A stretch of DNA of 64,000 nucleotides, taken from NCBI GenBank assembly GCA_040954595.2, contig CM082579.2, forward strand, positions 7,677,625 to 7,741,624, in the 5' to 3' direction. This stretch comes from Balanoglossus misakiensis. Its lineage: Eukaryota; Animalia; Hemichordata. The notes under the pieces are model-generated. The model did not search any database. It was not told the origin of the DNA and worked only from the letters and a program-made list of their open reading frames with translations. This document shows, piece after piece, positions 28,056 to 41,977 of this stretch (positions are counted from its first letter, which is position 1; each line of letters begins with the position of its first letter). Made by a program: the position numbers and the translations under genes.

Positions 28056-28735
28056 CGTTCTCACTGGCACGTTTACACCGGTGCTACAACGGTGTAGATT
28101 TGACACCGACGGAAAAAAACAAGTGAGAACGCTTTACGCCGGTGTTACGCCGGTGTTGATTTGCGACGGCGATGGGTGGCGGGTCAGGGCCAGTGCTGGG
28201 CCAGCGCTCCGACGCAAATAGTCAGTGAGAACGCAAAGATAAACAAACGCCATTCAAAAGCGCCACCCTGCAGTGACTTTTGGGTATGTTTATTAGGTAT
28301 AGCCCATTGTCTTTGGTCAGTTTCCATTGTTAAGTCAATCACACTGGACGCGAGTGGTTTTCAAACCATTCGCAGTTTGCCAGGTCTGCAACACTTCTGT
28401 CTGCTACCAACTTTCGGAAGGTTCTCTCCATCACCGAAAAGCTGAGGCATTTTCCATTTATGGATTAACATTCATTTACTTCTAAACATTATCAAAACTG
28501 TCACAAAGTCGTCTAGAACGCATATGCAGGTATAGAAACTGAAACATGTTGCTGTAATGTCCTCGACGTCCTCAATTTTGTTAGTTGCCGTGTTGCTAAA
28601 CATGGCCATTTAGACGGTGTTTATTTCAAAACAGTGTCCAAAAGTTTAGTGTGTGGACGCACTGTGGGCTAATCCCCTGTGTTTGCAAAGAGTAAACACT
28701 GGCATAACACTGGTGTCGAAACTTTTAGTGAGAAC
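28056..28735. mobile_element. Degenerate MITE-like element
   Basis: Left end gttctcactggcacgtttacaccggtg is loosely inverse to right end cactggtgtcgaaacttttagtgagaac. Internal gtgagaacgc copies occur at ~28123 and ~28226. Confidence 0.35.
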
Positions 28736-28898
28736 AAGACTTATGAAACGTCAGTAACTAATTCTACCACGTGATTCTACTTACTATTCGTGAAAAACTG
28801 GAATAAAACTAGGAATAAACTTTAACAAACTAATTCCAACTGCTAAATATCGTGACAGCGGAAACTGAACCGTAACCGATAGTTAACGAGGATGATAT

Positions 28899-31800
28899 TC
28901 ATGACGTTACTACTGTCGCGCGGTGCCGCTGTAACTGTTTAGAAAACTCTCTCAACTTCTCCTTCAGGTCAACACGTCCCACTTTCTCCAGTTTGTCTTC
29001 AAGAATTCTTGTATCGTACACTAATAATAAAGCATACTCTTGCATCACCGAGAAGAGTGTAAAGGGATGGGTTATTGCTTCTTGACGTCCCTTTGGTATA
29101 TCCACTTTTAACAGAAATTTTATTTGTTCAAATTCATCTGGTAATGGCAGAAACAGAATGGAGAGAAAGATAGATGATATATAAATGACATACGTTTAAA
29201 GTCTCATTAGTGCCTTATCGCTAACCTCTACAAGGGTTACAAAATATCAATCCGCATATATTTTAATACGATCCGTCTTCAGAAACAATTAATTAAACTA
29301 TCTCCCAGAAGCGCCTGACTTCATACGAGAAAAAAAATGACTTTGATTTTCGAGTATTCTAAGAAAGTGTCTGCCTGCCTGCCCGCATTCCAAAAATATC
29401 ATTTTTAAATAGCATAGTATAGCATCATCATCTATCATATTAACTCACGATTGTAAAAACACAGTGTCGCACATTGCATGCCTACCTTGCGAAAGTTCCT
29501 GTGAAATTTCATGTAGTATATCCTGCAGCATTTGTTTCCTTGTGTCTTCAGCAGTCTTCATCTTGGGCGTATTACAGGGGTTAGTCAGTGAAAAGATAAC
29601 GAAAAATAGTTCACTGTGTAATAAACATTCGTTAGTTCTAAATGTGTACGTAACGAAGTAACGTTTACGTACTAGTATCTTGCTAAATTAAAAATATAAC
29701 TTAGAGTTACCTGCTCTATCGGTGGTGAGATCGGGGCATTTTCTGCAGGAACAGTTACTCCCAGCTGAAAGTTATAATATTGTAATTGCATTAACATTGA
29801 GGAAATATTGCTTTTGGAGTTACAAGGGCTCATTGGTGTCAATGATCGCTCACGCCGCTTTCTTTATTTCCTAGGCATGTGTAATCTCTTAGAAACGCCA
29901 TGTATATTTTTCTCACCCAGTCTCTCTTCATCTGATTCATGTTCTTTCTTGCTTCACCCTATTGGTGTAAAATGACACGTGGTTAACACAGTCATGTCAT
30001 GATCACAAACGTAGTGGCGAAGGCTGAATATCTCATTCACGGACCCTAATGTCTTCGGAGACACCAAGAAGGCCAGTAGGGTACACGTGGATTGAAAAAT
30101 AATAACTAAAATTCCGTTTTATGTATTAATAAACAATAATACTTACTGGTTCCACCTGTGGAGGCACAGAGACAGCGACATCAGTTCCACCGGGTTCACT
30201 TGTATGAACCTGCAAAATCACCATAATAGGGGAAAAGTTGAGAAGGCCAATAGGGTACACGTGGATTGAAAAATAATAACTAAAATTCCGTTTTATGTAT
30301 TAATAAACAATAATACTTACTGGTTCCACCTGTGGAGGCACAGAGACAGCGACATCAGTTCCACCGGGTTCACTTGTATGAACCTGCAAAATCACCATAA
30401 TAGGGGAAAAGTTGAGAAGGCCAATAGGGTACACGTGGATTGAAAAATAATAACTAAAATTCCGTTTTATGTATTAATAAACAATAATACTTACTGGTTC
30501 CACCTGTGGAGGCACAGAGACAGCGACATCAGTTCCACCGGGTCCACTTGTATGAACCTGCAAAATCACCATAATAGGGGAAAAGTTGACAACAGAAATG
30601 GTATCATGAATTCCTTTGGGGGTTTATAAAACAATAGCTCTAGACGCCAGTGCTTCACTTAACTTCATGAGCACCTGCTGGCTTGGCAATGTTGTGAAGT
30701 TTACGGAATACAGAATACTGACTTGTTTGAAAGGTATTAGTTAGATGGAATGGCGAAAAGTCACTAAAGGTCACTTTCACATGCCCCTGCAAGATTTGGA
30801 GGAAGGGGTTGTACTAAGTCATGTTCGTTTACACGCAATTATAGTTCGAAAAGTCCTTTTTGTCGACGCTCTAATGGATTGCACTGAATAGTTACCGTCT
30901 CTTCATCTGAGGGTGCTTCGTGTATCATTTCAATTTCTTCTTCCTGATTTAAAAAAAAAAATTTGAACACATCATCATCGACATTGTTCCCGAAGAATGT
31001 TTGTCGTGGTGTACATGTATAGTGTTATACAAGATAACAAAAAACACATTATTTGAGAAGATGATGATGCACAGAACAAATCTAATCCATTTTGCGCTTA
31101 CCTGGACCTTTCGGAGCTTTTTGTCTCTCACATTTGTTTTCTTTCTGTTCTTGGATCGTCGCTTCGATCCACAGAATATGAATATAGCTATTAATACGAC
31201 AATGACTATTCCACCGAGAATGCATACAATAATGATGACCGCCCAGTTATTTCCATCACTCCCCGCATCCGCTACATGTGAAGGAAAGCAACAAAATAGG
31301 TGAACATCTATGTTAGAAAATCGCAAATTTCACCGGTTTATCCTAAATAACAATCAGGATTTTTTATTCAATTATTTTACTATGAAAATGATGTAAAGCG
31401 AACACTGACCAATGGATTAGGCCTATGTCATTGTAGGTCATTGTAAATTGATGTGAGATTGGCTTTTTTTGCCTACCATGGGCAAGATTGCTCTGCAAAA
31501 TGTAGGTCACATTAGCTCTGTCCTAAAAGTTAATGTCGATTGTTAAATTGGCTATACACGTACCTCCGTATACAATCTTCACGTAAAGAACAGAACTATT
31601 GTCATTGGTATACGTAGTTTGCAGACGATGGTTTCCTTGAAGTTTGTCCGACATCACAAACATCAATGACTGGTAACTAGCATTAGCTGTGAGAAACACT
31701 ATGTCTTCAAAATCGTCCTGGATGTCACAATTGAAAGCAAGCCCATCTTCCAACCAAGCGTCGGCTATAGGCCAATTCGCTAACGTCTTATTATATAAGG

Positions 31801-33242
31801 CGACATATTTTGCATCAGATCCGAATGGTTGGATAACCGATGCTAATCTGCCTTTCAGGCTTGATACGGTCAACACACCAGACTTAAATGCTTGAGAAAC
31901 AAAGAATCAAAAGTCAACATTGACGGTAGTGAACATTTAACTTTTCAGATCCTCTGAACTCAGAACACAAAAAAACCTTATAAGCAGTGCGAAGAAACGG
32001 GCTTTGAAGTGAGAGGGCGCTCAGCTCTGAGCTTAGGCTATACCTTGATGTAAATTGAGGGGTAAAATAGTTTGCGTGCTTTTTCCATTGCAAGTTATGA
32101 CAACACGTAACTTGGCATGTGTCATTTTCAAGTGAAAATATACAATGTATTTTCACTGAATAATTAAATCAGGGACTCACATGCGTTTCTCATGACGGTT
32201 TCTGCAACTTTCTTTTTGCCTTTGACCCACCATGTGTAGTGTACGTCGAAGGGGTCCGAGCGATAGTTTTCAACCAACAGCATCTTATATCCCAGGATAT
32301 CCAGTAATTTGTACCCAGATGTCATCGCGCTGGAGTCGTCACATGCTAGATACCCCGTTTTCTCTATACACGTGAACCGAAATGAGTGATTGATTACAAA
32401 AGTGAATGCGTGAGTCAACGAACGAGTAAGCCGAGAGGCACCCCCCTTCCATTTCGTGGCGTGAAACATTTCTGGACTTCCGATAATTCGTTTTTGAGTC
32501 AAGAATTTAGTGTCATAATGACAAACAGAAAACATCGCAAACAACCATAAGCAGGTAGATAAGATACAAGAACTAGATGTATATAATACTTACCTGTATC
32601 ATTCCTGCTCACGCACAGGGTTGTGGTAGCGTTAACCGACACACTGCTGTTGAACAAAAGCTGGCCATGACCAATGAAGTAAACATCTTGATGTGGTTGA
32701 ACGATTACTACATCTTGCCCATCGACCTTGTAAACTGTAAGCGTGTGAAACACACGAAAATTGAGATGTTTTACAAGAAATAGATCACGCTCACGCTCTA
32801 AGACACGGCAAAAAGATTTTCATAACGGAAAGAGGTCAGTAGTTCAAGAAAGTGTGATGACATTAAGCTGAGGGGTTTCGATTGAGATATGGGATTTCGT
32901 TACAAGTATCAAAAGTACATGTATAAGTAAAATCATAGGCGATCACAAATTTTAACATTGTGGTAATAACCATCTTCTAATTCATGACACCTGTCGACAC
33001 AAGCTTTAGAATCCAGAAAATGCCTTTGCCCACAGTGACCTAGTTTGACGTTTACATTGTATAGTCTATCTGCGAAATCACCATAAAATTATACGAATCA
33101 CCACTGAAGTATATGAGCACTCAGGGTGTGTTTAGGGTTTGTACTTACCCATGAGATTTGGACAAGGATAATATGCACACATTCTTTCCATAAGAAGGGT
33201 GACAACAAGTGCCAATCGAAGTACATGTCCGTGTCGACTCAT
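28899..33242 (-). CDS. Type I transmembrane protein with a C-terminal death effector domain (12 exons, ~506 aa)
   Basis: Exons 33242-33149, 32734-32594, 32363-32181, 31890-31564, 31271-31102 (TM WAVIIIVCILGGIVIVVLIAIFIFC followed by KRRSKNRKK), 30943-30896, 30557-30495, 30383-30321, 30209-30147, 29764-29711, 29561-29486, 29137-28899 total 1521 nt with all phases compatible. The C-terminus LHEISQELSQDEFEQIKFLL..LFSVMQE..VGRVDLKEKL has the DED pattern. Confidence 0.75.
30067..30588. repeat. Three near-identical 174-bp tandem units, each holding a 63-nt exon
   Basis: Units start at 30067, 30241 and 30415. On the minus strand each reads ttgcag|VHTS(E/G)PGGTDVAVSVPPQVEP|gtaagt. Confidence 0.92.
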
Positions 33243-35519
33243 GTTTATCCGAGTTTCGTCTGTATTTTTTAGAAATAAATTAGCGGAGTTACCAGAAATT
33301 GAAAAAAAACACCGGTTTTTAGCAAGCGGGGTGAAAGGTGACATGGATGAGACTAAGAATGAGATATTTATTCTGAGAATTTTAAATAAAGAATAAATTT
33401 TGATGGCAGAAATAAAACTAAGCCTCTTTAGTAAATGTATTTATGAGCATTGTATTTTCTCGTTATAGTGAAATCAACTTCTTAAATGTTTCTCATAGTA
33501 TTTGTGGTAAGTGCATGGTTGACGCCAAATTCGGAAAATGGAAAGTGACGGAGAAACAAGACAACGCGAACAAATAAACCAACGTACATTTTTGTTAATC
33601 TATGTCAGTTGATAAAGGTCCTGAAACTAATATCAACTCTGGGTCCAGAATTTATTTTGGAGGGGCATACCTATCCCAGCACGAGCAAGAGCTCCTTTGA
33701 ATATAACATTTCCATGGTTTTCGTGACCAGCCCCAAACATGGTTTCAACTTTTCCTCCCGGTAATTTAGATTAGCACTGACACATGCCAGTGGAAAATGT
33801 AATGCTTGATACATAAACGCAACTGGATGTCTCTGGAAAAACATTATTTCATCTTAATATTAAAGAATGGAACTTGATATTGTGTTGTCAATCATCTAAT
33901 TCTAAAATGTGGTCCTCCATTATTCCCACGGTCCAATCCCCTCATTATAAGTGAAATCTCTGCAATTGCACAGAAAGAAGACGGAGACGACGCATTTCTG
34001 ATATGCACGATTCAATCTTGAATATAAAATCACGCGAGAAGACCAGTAAAAGCGTTTTTATCTTGCCTTTTTCGCTGATTGATGAAATCCGCTATTCCTT
34101 GTGAAAATGTTTCAAAATAATAACATTATTTATTTTCTTTTGTATTCTGTGATTTTGATGTAAATGCTTCCTATCATTTTTGGCATTTTTTGGCCAAAAC
34201 AACTCATTGTTTTTTTTAGCTAAATTCGCATATTTAAAATAAAGGGAATGTGGCCCAACTTCAAAAAAGTGAAATTAAATCCCACAGAAAATAATGTCTG
34301 TTTTTACAGTATAACTGGTCAAAATAGTCTACGAGATCTTTCCCAATGTAATATATTTCCAAGTAGCAAATGAATAAAGTTTTATTGTACATAACGAGCG
34401 GACGATGATATGGGGTTTTCACTCACTGATACATGCCACACTAGACCAGTGTAGTCACCCACCAAGTAACCAAAGCTAAAAATAGTACACTATCTCAGAC
34501 AGAATTTCTCATCATTTCCCTGTTGCTATCCGATAAACCCAAACTCCCAAAATTTGATCCATATATGGCGCTTACAAGACCAGAAGCTGAAACTGACTGA
34601 GAGATAACTAATGTGACATGATAAGCGGCTGTAACTTACTTTAAACCCGCATAGGATCTCCCTCCGGTCTATCGTACGGCAGGGGTAACTCTGGGCAGCA
34701 ACCGTTGGTCTGCAGGCGACGAATTAACAGCCGTCACAAACCAATCTGGTTTACGCGTACATACGAGAACATAAATAGCAACATTCGTTTCGGTTGTTAC
34801 GAAAACTGGATTAAATTCCACACTAAATATTGTATACACATTAAAGGCGAATGCCTTCGTTCTTACAACCAGACTACGCCATACTTTATTTGAACGCGCA
34901 TGTCATGACCCTTTTGCGGTGTCACGAGGTGGTTTCGGTGCACAAAGTCAACTTAGCTGGGTAGCTACAGAGGTATGCCCACCAGATAAGCCTATAGCTG
35001 ACAATGTATGCGTGGTGCAAAATGAAACAATATACACATACACACATCTGAAAATGGCAACTGACGAAATCAGGAAAGAATTAATCAATTATGTCTTCCC
35101 AGAAAAGAATCCTCATTATCATTTGAATTCACAGCTTCCTCTAAATTCCACATGACGTCACGATGTTCGAAAGTCAGAGTTTCACCTGGTGGTAAAATGA
35201 AAATCCCCTAAGTTACCTGCGACAATTATAGAAATGTGGACTTTGAAACCTCATCCAGATTTCTAGAAAACCAACCATCCAACCAACCCACTGATATAGT
35301 CCGTCTGAATTCTCCTCAGCCCAAGACGGTGTTAACCTGCTCTGAAAAATAGAATGGTGAAGTACCTATTGATCACCATTGGTATACTAGTAGTCGGTAG
35401 GTACAATCAACCATATTATACTGATGCAAGCTGCAGTTGTTTTTAAAATTATTATATGTTGTAAGATCCGTTATCTTGGCTGTGTAAACGTTAGCTGTTT
35501 CCGCGTTCAGAATTACTCT

Positions 35520-37682
35520 ATGAAATTTGGAACCTTTTCCGCCATTTGCATGGTTTGCGGCGAAATCATCGTTCACTCACATTCAGTGATACGTAAAGTC
35601 TCTGCCACTGAAAATTTTACAACCCCCGAAAAAACAACAACTTCGTCTAACATGTCTGAAGTAGGTCGTTCCAGAAATAAATATTTGTGTACGTTTGACC
35701 ATTTTGGTACTCGTTACACATGCACGTACTACTTACACGGTAGAAAATAATTCGAATCCCGACTCGGGAGTTTCGTATGTCAAACCACCATATCGTTACA
35801 ACCTCTATCATAAAGAGAATCTTAAAGTATGCATAACTGGGAACAATATATAGGTAGGCGTTTTGAATGTAGACTTTTACAAATAAATCAACTATAAAAT
35901 TTAACTAACTTCAAATCTGTATAGTGACGCTGAAAGAACGTAACCATGGTACTGTTAAGGACATAAGCCATTTTTGGAAGCAAAGTTTTTGGCTTAATAA
36001 AAATCTGTAGTATATCTATTGTTGGGTTAAATTGTGGTAGAGGGCGCTATGTGGGAGATCCTTGCTCTACCACCTCAAGACAAATGGACTTCGGTTAGCA
36101 GACGTTCTAAATTTAGACGTTTTGAGAAAACTTAAGAAATAAGTTTGGGTTGACTACCTAGATCAAGATTTAGACATGCTGTGACATTTATAGTTGAGAA
36201 TCCTTTCAGTTCCCAGCGAATTTGTGGCGGCGGAATCCATTCTTGTCAACGAGGGAAGCAGAGCGCAGCTGACTTGCGTCAAGCAGCCGCCGCTAGAGGG
36301 CAGACTGGTGACGGTGAGATGGGGGAAAGATGGCGGCATATTCATCGCTCAGAAGTTTGAATCAGGGGTGGAGCACTACGTCGAGGTTGGCAAATATTCC
36401 ATCGACGACAGCATGAGCCATCTGCTGATATACAATGTCGAGGCCTCAGACGAAGGGGACTACACATGCTCGGCTGAATTCGACAGCGGTCAAGCGGACG
36501 AGAGCGATACAATTACACACCATACCATTACGTTACAAGTTAACACGAGTGAGTACATTGCCAAGTCATGTGATTCACACTAGTAATACACTGCACTCTT
36601 ACCGTATGCAATAATTTATTAAACATGTTTTATTCACTGCCTTTAAACCTTTATTCTCAAAATATAAACGAAAAAAAATATATTTCTTAAATCCAACACT
36701 ACTCATCAATAATGCTTATTAAAGCTCCAGTAACTCTAGGCTAAAATTTGGGCATGGGAGAAAAATATCCCAAAATAGCTAGAGAATTTATCATGAAATT
36801 ATAACATAAATCTTGACCTCATCCAATCGTGTAATGACCTTTTATTTCATAAAGGTTCGGAATTCCCTCTCAAGGATTTAATGACGACATTGAAACTAAC
36901 GTAATCTATTCATTTATCGCATATACACCACAGGTAATCCAGTTTCTGGAAACGCAACAAACGGTATGCTATATATTTATATTATTGCAATTTACGTTTT
37001 ACGTCAGAGTGCGTATATAATGATCATGTGAAATACTCGTGAACAGTGATATCTTGGAAAATCCAGAGTTACTGCATCAAGATGGATCAAACTTGATGTT
37101 ACCAACGTATGAATGTACTAAATGCCACTTGACGGTTTCTTTTCAGAAGATGGTAACTTTTTGTCATTCTTATGATTTGTTCGTTATTCTTCATGAAAAA
37201 AAATCATTTTAGACATGCAACAACTGTCCAGTTCCACCTCAAGACTCTACATTTATATTTTGATCGGCGTTTGCGGAGCCCTTCTTCTGATTGTCATTGT
37301 TCTCTTTTCTTGGTTCTTAATCATTCGCAGAAGGAAGGTATGTAGCTGTGCAAACTTTATCCTATTGTTGATTTATTGATATTTGGATAAAAAATGGCGA
37401 CTGAATTTACATTTGTCAAATCGACGTCTCCAATAAACCAATAGATCAATAAAACCGACCAACCAACCAACCAACCAACCAGTCAGTCTATCTGTCCCAC
37501 TTTTCACATTTGTCCCTTTCTCTTTCTCTGCATCTATTACTTCCTCGACGATGAAGATGCGGGCACGTCAGACATCTCAGAATACCCGCACTACAGGTAT
37601 ATACAAACCTGTGACGCAAAATCGGCGGCAAAACAAACGGAAGAACAGGACAGCAGGCGACCGGAAAGGTTACACAGTTTAA
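35520..37682 (+). CDS. Single V-type immunoglobulin-domain membrane protein
   Basis: Ig exon ~36210-36548 (LTC..VRWGK..LLIYNVEASDEGDYTC), stalk exon 36934-36963, TM exon 37213-37337 (YIYILIGVCGALLLIVIVLFSWFLII-RRRK) and a probable tail exon ~37557-37682 (..GIYKPV..GYTV*). The leader exon from ATG 35520 is tentative. Confidence 0.7.
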
Positions 37683-40600
37683 CCCGGGAAAATGCAGGAA
37701 TTTCAACACATACATGTGGTGCAGAAACGACTAGGATTATAAAACTATATTTTAATACAAAGCCAATACTTTAGCAGTTCTATTGAGTACATGTATTTTA
37801 GAATCACTTGATTTTAATGAGCTCTCGTCTAATCAGAATGCCGGATGGTAGCATGATTTAATATGGTATAGGTGTTATCTCTTTAATGTTAACAATAGAA
37901 TTTGGTTTCATAACCAATAGTTACTACTATTTTCTGGTGACTACCATTTTACAAGCACAATGTATATACATTTGTACATTATAAAATCAAAGCTACCAGA
38001 GCAGCGCCCCCACCACGTGTAAGGTTCGGATAGCATTGAGACATGTATGATCTGTCAACATTGCCTTCAGTATTGTTGATATCCTGAATAGTTCGTTGTC
38101 AGCATTTTAAAGTTCAACCGGGTTTTGGCAAATAGTATCTGAAATACGTACATACTACCATCAATTGTTACTGTGCAGAAAGCGCCCCGAATGGGTCGTT
38201 TTTTTTTAAACAAACAAATTACTTGCTGTTGCTATGACATCGATATCACAATTGTGGCGATCGCGTTGCCATCAACAGTGTGGGAAATGAGAAACCCCTC
38301 CCACCACAAAGCTTTGGCGTCATACCAATTAACTGTTTGATTAGTCAGGCCTTCGGCGAAAACAGCGGGGTGGGTATGTTAATTTTGAGACATGTGTGTC
38401 TATTGAGCGATTGGGAGATATATACATGTACCTGAGTAAAGATTTACAATGCAATCCGTGAAGAGATTAAGTAAGACCGAAAATGCACTATTGCGCCTTT
38501 CATGAAAACAGGTGGGAATTAATTATCTCTGACAGGCGGTACTAGTTATTTTAGTGATCCAAAAATACATACCTGCTGTGTTATCATTCTGAGGGTCCAA
38601 AAGACGTCGTACTTTGGCAGGGCAGATACAGTACATGCTACAGTTATATACCAATTAAAAAAGATAATCGAATTATACATGGACATTTTGAACTAACACT
38701 CGGGTCAATTTACCCTCGTTGATAAGCAATTGGACATCCGCTTACTGGGTAAAAATCGTGACTGTCGGATCGGACAAGTGCTTGTCCACTTGCCCGACTC
38801 TTGTGGACTATAAATTCAAAATTGACATTTCGACGTACTCCAATTCACTGCTCGTCAGTTTATTTCGCCATAGGCTCCAAGATTAAATCTGTTTATCGAA
38901 AACGAACTTTGGTCGTAAAAACAAAACGCACTCTTTGGGACGAAGTTAAAACAGGCACAGTACATATACGCAAGTAGGACAATATAAACGGCAGCCGGTT
39001 GCATACATTTTAGCCCGTGTTTCGTAGTTGTGTCTGCTTACCATGTTTTCTCTTTGTCTTATCATATATTGTAAATCCTTCATTTGTTGCAGTAGCGTTC
39101 AAACACCGGCATGCTAGTTGAGGGGCCCCTTTTATCAGTGGTATCGGTGTTTTTTGGCATCACTGGATTGAGCTCTCGTCCAATCAGAATGGGTCGGGGT
39201 AGCATGCATGTCATCATATTAATTGCCGTTTTTGGCAGCGCAGGTACATCGCTAGGGCTGTCACTGTCCATACACACGGCTCTGTTTTTACTGGTACCAG
39301 CGTTTGGGTGTCTGTGCAGAGAAAAAGTGGGACAAACCGTAAGTCTTTGAATTTCTCAAATAACCTCTCCCTGGGCATCTTAAATTTAAGTATTCATTTG
39401 TTTTAAACTTCCGCATTATACGCCGAAGTCGTGCACTTTTCTAGAATGACTTGCAAACAAGTTCCGGCCGAACTTCCGTCCCTTCGTGCTGGGATCCGTT
39501 GCTAGGTGGTATATGGACTCAAAGGCTGGTAATAACCACGGCGTCGTTTTGAACTTTGCCCACAAAACTATGTCGAACATTGCCCACAAAAAGTGTTTTT
39601 CGTGTCTGATCACTGTTGGTTGCTAACTGAATATGGCGTTGGCATAAGTTTTGACAAATCTCATAAACACTTGTTTGGTGTATAAGCGAGCTCTGACTGA
39701 GTTAACTTCTGGTTTCGTGGGCGAGATACAAAAGTTGCCAAAACAATTTTCGCGATATCAAAAGTAAAAACTGTTACGCGAGGATTAATTTTCGCGTTCT
39801 CTTATTTCATTCACTGCATCGTTATCTCCGAATATCGTTTTACGCGATTTTTTTATTTATACGTGTTTTGGGCTCTCGCATATTTCGCGAAATTTTATTG
39901 CTGGCGAAAATACTATATAAGTATTGTGTGTGTTTGCGAATGGGGTGGAGTAGGTGGGGTGCGACGGGCATATGTTTCGTGACCAACTAGCGCCGCTTGT
40001 TATGACAATCTCTCGGTCCAGTTCACTCAAACGAGAAATAAACGAGTATATACGGTATGCACAAATGTGGTGGCGCCGGGGTCAGTCGTGACAATAGCCA
40101 CGCAGCACACACACGAAAGCAGCGGCGGCTGCCAAGAAGGAAGTACACGTTGGCTTCCATGTTGCATGCGGTACCAGCTTGCGAGCGACGGACCTATCCC
40201 CGCGTTAGCTTTACCAGATATAATTATCATGGCGCAGGGAGATTATCGTGTATCTGGAGGTATGTTTTGTTGACGAAACACCTACATGTATATACGGTAG
40301 TGCTAAAATAGATGTTGAACATTGCACCGTTTACCTGTCGCTGAATCACTCTGTTAGTCGATTTGATTAAAACAGTCCAACTCGAAGCGAACACTCAAAC
40401 TCTGCACTGTCGTGCACGTTCGAGGACGCAACTACATTCTCAAAATCTGTATTAGCCTGGCCTGCTCGTCGAGGGCTTATGATAAACATAGTACACGTAC
40501 TTTGCTTCCTATTACTGTATAGTACAGCGCTTCCTTACTGCAGCATTTGCATATGCACATCCGGGGACTTTATCGTTCGGACGGCCTGGGGGATCCAAGA

Positions 40601-41750
40601 CCGCTTTCGATTGCTGTCGAATAAATGTTTGTTTTCACGGATTCAACTTCAAGAGATCGGCAATCCAAATGGATAGTCTTTAATTGCAACATGTGAACAT
40701 TGTGTTAACAACTCGGTGTGTTAATTAAACCTATTGCTAACCAGCGCGATCAACAGGTTGCTGGAATTTACTTCCGCATTCGCCGTCGTGTGGTCGCTGA
40801 GCGCGGCCTTGAATTGAGGGCGGTGACCAGAAACAGTTCTTTTTGGCCTAATCAGGTCGTTCGCACAAATCTACCAATATTCTGTCGAGAAGATTTAGGC
40901 CAACATCTTAATTGTTTAATTGTGTGCAGGTCCTAACAACTTGAATGCCTACTTGACACATAATATACACGGGGCTATATATTATACATATCTGCCATGA
41001 ATATCTTTCTGCAAGTGTGATATGCATGTTTGTTCACGTATTGCATATTTCGGATGCCAAATTTTCATGTACCTGAAATATGGCGCGGTCTCAAACCCGA
41101 GTGGCTAATCCTAGCCTGACCTAAATTAAAGCCGTCGTAGTTGTGACGGTGATAAATATAATTCTCTTTTACCATGGAGACGACTGCAGTGACAATTCGA
41201 AAGAAAAACACAGACACAGTACATGTACTCAAATTTGAAAAGACAGTTTGTCACTGGAGACAAAAAAAGTCAGAAACCATGCATTAACAGCATGCATCAC
41301 AGCCCTAGTTACTCTTGTTGAACTTTGGTACTTTCGTCTAACCAAGTAGAGTTATGAATTCTGTGGGTGTAGTTTTTACATTTTTAATCGGAAAATGTTT
41401 CCTACCATTAATTTGTCAGTTTACTTGTCATGTAACTGTTCATAGCCACTTTTTGCGGGGATTTGCCGATCGGGATAGCAAGGAAAGAGGACGAAAACTT
41501 GTTCGGCGTCGTTCATGAACCCGGATAGATTTTAGCGTATTAAAGCTATATATTTTATTTTGACAGTTATGGTTTTCAGATATATGCGATCTAAATGCCT
41601 TGGTTGATTACAGAATAGTATAGTTACCATGTACAAACACGCCATCTCTCCAAGGCGTACAACAAAGAAATCCATCGGGAAAGTTAGGCGCGTGTTGAAT
41701 AACTGAAATATTTCAGTAGGATGCTTATGGGTGCATTGATACGTTCACAT

Positions 41751-41977
41751 TAGACTAGCCCACTAGTCGCTTGGCGATTTTTAAATCTCATTACTTTTTG
41801 TGTTTTCGGTGTTTTTTTTTGTCTTAATAAATAATTGCAATACTTTTTGCGTGCATGCTTGCCTTGAGCGTGTTTTTGGTAATGAGGTGAGTTTCGAATT
41901 TGGGACTGAGCTTGTGGTTTCGGTGGGCCTACGCGTTCCCTACACATAATGAAGCCCATAGACTTGGAGCAAGTCTA
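41751..41977. mobile_element. ~230-bp non-autonomous element with TAGACT...AGTCTA ends and a 9-bp TSD (copy 1)
   Basis: Flanked by cgttcacat at 41742-41750 and 41978-41986. A near-identical inverted copy lies at 62934-63164. Confidence 0.85.

Noticed and set aside
39080-39350. Possible small exon or neuropeptide-like ORF
   Set aside because: There is an acceptor-like site but no partner exon or motif. Part of it matches a short dispersed repeat also at ~37819.
41750-41959. Similar small ORFs at 41750-41959 and 62952-63134 as a peptide family
   Set aside because: Both lie inside copies of the same non-autonomous element, and indels shift the frame between copies.
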